A DNA stretch of 34,706 nt from Cyanophora paradoxa CCMP329. Its lineage: Eukaryota > Plantae > Glaucophyta. How positions within the stretch are numbered: position 1 is the first letter of the stretch; the number at the start of each line of letters is the position of its first letter. Location: NCBI GenBank assembly GCA_004431415.1, contig QPMI01000611.1, forward strand, positions 1 through 34,706, read 5' to 3'. The notes beneath the pieces are model-generated. The model saw only the letters and a list, made by a program, of their open reading frames with translations. It was not told where the DNA came from and did not search any database. The translations under genes and the position numbers were made by a program. Positions 34,397-34,706 of the stretch are shown one piece after another.

Positions 34397-34706
34397 CCTC
34401 AAAGCTTTAGTTCCTGCGGATATCCCAACTGCCATTGCTGTGCCCCACTTGGATCCCTTAGCAAGGACATTCTATGACACCAAGGTAGGATTTAAAGGCC
34501 TTGCTTCATTGGCCAAAGAGCTTCAGATGTGCCAAGAAAGACAATCCGTAGATTCTATGATGCCCAAGAAAATCAACAGATAAATAAACCCCTCCCATCT
34601 GCCAAGAAGACTGCCTATATCCCAATAAGACAGCCACTCGACTGCTATGCCATAACCTAATCTTTTATCCTTCGTACAGCAAACAGAATCAAGGCTACAA
34701 CACATT
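34290..34706 (+). CDS. Retroviral-type (rve) integrase, N-terminal part, truncated by the window end; start uncertain
   Basis: Across frameshifts reads LARTFYDTKVGFKGLASLAKEL..KTIRRFYDAQENQQINKP..YIPI..CYAI[D]LIFYPSYSKQNQGYNT. This matches the Polinton integrase pattern YYDP..GF.G..L...Q.DL.D...Y...N.GY. Confidence 0.7.

Larger units (their letters stand above)
8360..34706. mobile_element. Endogenous Polinton/Maverick-like virus (Polinton-like virus), left end at ~8360, right end beyond the window
   Basis: Abrupt drop in GC and loss of introns at ~8360-8440. Dense gene packing with MCP, two pentons, A32-like ATPase, pPolB, primase-helicase and an rve integrase N-terminus. Confidence 0.92.

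Noticed and set aside
8360-34706. Prophage or bacterial contaminant; canonical virophage
   Set aside because: A32 ATPase, pentons, Polinton-type pPolB and rve integrase indicate a eukaryotic virus. The ~456-aa MCP and the lack of a visible maturation protease do not support a canonical virophage call, though phylogeny is needed.

Overview
The window has two compartments. Bases 1-~8359 are GC-rich eukaryotic (protist/algal-like) host DNA: a Pro/Ala-rich minus-strand ORF and a long gene with many short (~70-80 bp) GT-AG introns encoding fibronectin type III-like repeats. At ~8360, inside an exon of that gene, the sequence switches abruptly to intron-less, AT-richer DNA starting with a 75-bp palindrome. 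From there to the window end lies an endogenous Polinton/Maverick-like (Polinton-like) virus of >26 kb, whose right end is outside the window. It encodes two paralogous fibre-like proteins, a ~2,400-aa modular fibre with four LamG-like domains, an HNH endonuclease, a patatin-discoidin fusion, two head-to-head pentons, a double-jelly-roll major capsid protein, an A32-like packaging ATPase, a primase-SF3 helicase, a pPolB with an apparently degenerate proofreading domain, and the N-terminus of an rve integrase. It also has an internal duplicated non-coding cassette with a 31-bp palindromic array, a G/C-run iteron-like region, and a repeated AYTTAARGA promoter-like motif. Most long genes are broken by single-base indels; those I traced lie in homopolymers, which looks like long-read error rather than decay. 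All family assignments come from motif recognition by eye; no searches were run.
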